From the NCBI RefSeq assembly GCF_000981445.1, contig NC_027217.1:1426001-1490000 (forward strand): DNA of 64,000 bases. The letters run 5' to 3'. The position numbers and the translations under genes are program-made. A model generated the notes under the pieces. It did not search any database. It saw only the letters and a program-made list of their open reading frames with translations, and was not told the origin of the DNA. Shown one piece after another: positions 62,290-64,000 of this stretch. This DNA is from Babesia bigemina. Its lineage: Eukaryota. Every line of letters starts with the position of its first letter. Positions within the stretch are counted from its first letter, which is position 1.

Positions 62290-62917
62290 GCATGAATATA
62301 TACACTCTGACCAGTAGATTCAGCGAACTATAGGCCAATCATAGAAATCGGTGATATTTACCTTCGTGGTATAATTAAATTTTTAAAAGCTATAAGTGCC
62401 ATTCGGGTGCGTAGTATACCGTTATACGCCTCTTTTTCGGCTTGAATTTGCCACTGTTTGGCGCCGTTACTCACCTGTGTACTAGGTGGAACGTGTACAT
62501 GTGCACCATTAGGTTGTGCTTCATGGAGATGCCGTAGCCTTGCTGCCGTATTTCTGTTCGATTCCGAAGTGGTATAACTGTGTCCGTGCCATTATATTCC
62601 AAGCCGTTGCTCATTGGGCGCTCAGTAGCATCATGTCGCATAGATATCCGATCCCCCTATGTTTTAATACATGCCATAGACTCCAGGAGTCAGAATGTCT
62701 ACTGAGTTATGGATCGCAGGTTCGTGTGAACTCGCTGTTCATGCAACAACATTGTGTGCACCCGTGCGCTTTTTGCGTAGCCATGACCCTGTTAGAAGCC
62801 TGGTGTGGAGGTCACGTGTGCCATTGAATCGGCAGTGTTCGTCACATGTATGTGCAGGTTCCTTTGGCACTTGAGGCAACACTTCACATTATATATTTTT
62901 AAAACGCTTTCGTCAAG

Positions 62918-64000
62918 ATGCAAGTCCTTTGGTTACTCCCCATTGTACACTTGGGCATCTGCTACGCCCAGCAACCGGAGCCCCAACTGCAAGGTGCAGC
63001 TGATGCACCCCCAGCAGTTGTACCCCCGCAAACCATACCTGAAGAACCCGCAAGTATAACTCTCGATGTGGCTGAACTGACTGCTATTCCAACCCCTGCA
63101 AACACACCCGCAAGCGAGGAACTATGCAGGGGCCACGTGAAAGCAGTTCATATGGTTCGTCTTCAGTCAATGATTATGCTATTCGAGATGAAACACACCC
63201 TCCTTAACAATTTGAGAAGTGAAATTGGTGATGGATTTATTTACCCGTTTACCAGTAGCCTTGAAAAAAACCAAAAAACGGCGATACAAGATCAAAGAAA
63301 AGATGTGGATGCCAAGTCTAAAACATACGCCAACGCAGGGCTTACGGAGCCAAATGGCACAAGTTACTACGCAAGCACAGAAGCCTTATATACAGCTTTG
63401 AACGCTGCTAATACCATGTTGGACAACATGCACATCAACAATGTGCTCTACATAAAGCAAGCCTGGGGAGAAAAGGACGCTTATGCCGCTATGAAGACGT
63501 TGATACAATTTGACATTCAACTATACGCAAAGAAGGTTGAATTAGCGTACAAAACGGTATCCGATAGCGTGAAGCTTCAGACCGACCCCGCGGAAAGCAA
63601 CGATGCTCGTTCAAACATTCTGAATGCACATAAAACAATCCGCAGTGCCGCCACTTATGTGTCAAGCGTCGGCAACGACGCCCAACAACTGCCGTTGTCG
63701 TTTGTTAAATATCTCGACGCCAAGAAAGTACATGATTCTGCTTTCTCCTATGCCAGAGGTATTGTAACTTCTGTCAACACGGCTTGTCAACGACATATGC
63801 CCACGGAGCGTCGCGATACCAATGTCGTGATCGGGGATATTACAGCCGCCAAGGACGCGAAAGAGTACATGCGGTTGGTGCCGAAGCGCGCTGTTGGTGA
63901 TGCTACAACGGTGCAAAGCTGGTTGAAGACCGCTGCATTTTTCCGCTACATTTATGCATTGGCCGTCATAAGGATGTCCAAAACGTGCCACACTCTGGTG
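62918..64000 (+). CDS. Secreted helical protein, 3' truncated by window edge
   Basis: ATG 62918 MQVLWLLPIVHLGICYA signal peptide and a Pro/Ala-rich linker; frame open for 361 codons to the window end. Confidence 0.8.
   Translation, partial: MQVLWLLPIVHLGICYAQQPEPQLQGAADAPPAVVPPQTIPEEPASITLDVAELTAIPTPANTPASEELCRGHVKAVHMVRLQSMIMLFEMKHTLLNNLRSEIGDGFIYPFTSSLEKNQKTAIQDQRKDVDAKSKTYANAGLTEPNGTSYYASTEALYTALNAANTMLDNMHINNVLYIKQAWGEKDAYAAMKTLIQFDIQLYAKKVELAYKTVSDSVKLQTDPAESNDARSNILNAHKTIRSAATYVSSVGNDAQQLPLSFVKYLDAKKVHDSAFSYARGIVTSVNTACQRHMPTERRDTNVVIGDITAAKDAKEYMRLVPKRAVGDATTVQSWLKTAAFFRYIYALAVIRMSKTCHTLV

Noticed and set aside
1..64000. Prokaryotic-type systems (CRISPR arrays, operons, transposases, retroelements), tRNA, rRNA, spliceosomal snRNAs
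   Set aside because: No repeat-spacer arrays, RT/transposase motifs, cloverleaf T-loop contexts or U1/U2/U5/U6 consensus seen; sequence is spliced eukaryotic DNA.

Overview
Gene-dense, intron-containing eukaryotic DNA from an apicomplexan piroplasm, most likely Babesia sensu stricto (B. bigemina/ovata/caballi-like). This rests on a ves-family gene, an ApiAP2 factor, an IMP-family protein, RAP proteins, apicoplast-type leaders and many 30-40 nt GT-AG introns. I reconstructed about 36 protein-coding genes by joining exons by eye, several of them missed or fragmented by the ORF track. Most are housekeeping: class I fumarase, SF3A3, CysRS, YJU2, PABPN1, FAD synthetase, a CPR-like diflavin reductase, DJ-1, TMEM147, an ATP synthase accessory subunit and apicoplast uL18. 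A lower-GC accessory island of about 4 kb (33.4-37.5 kb) holds a short ves-like gene and a decayed 6-Cys-like pseudogene. I found no tRNA, rRNA, CRISPR or transposon. I did not find a convincing wholly new multi-gene system. The best leads are the accessory island, a probable dual-start CysRS, an Arg-finger-less RhoGAP, a divergent RNase MRP subunit, overlapping or abutting genes and a hidden 7-exon secreted protein. All family calls come from motif recognition from memory, not from database searches.
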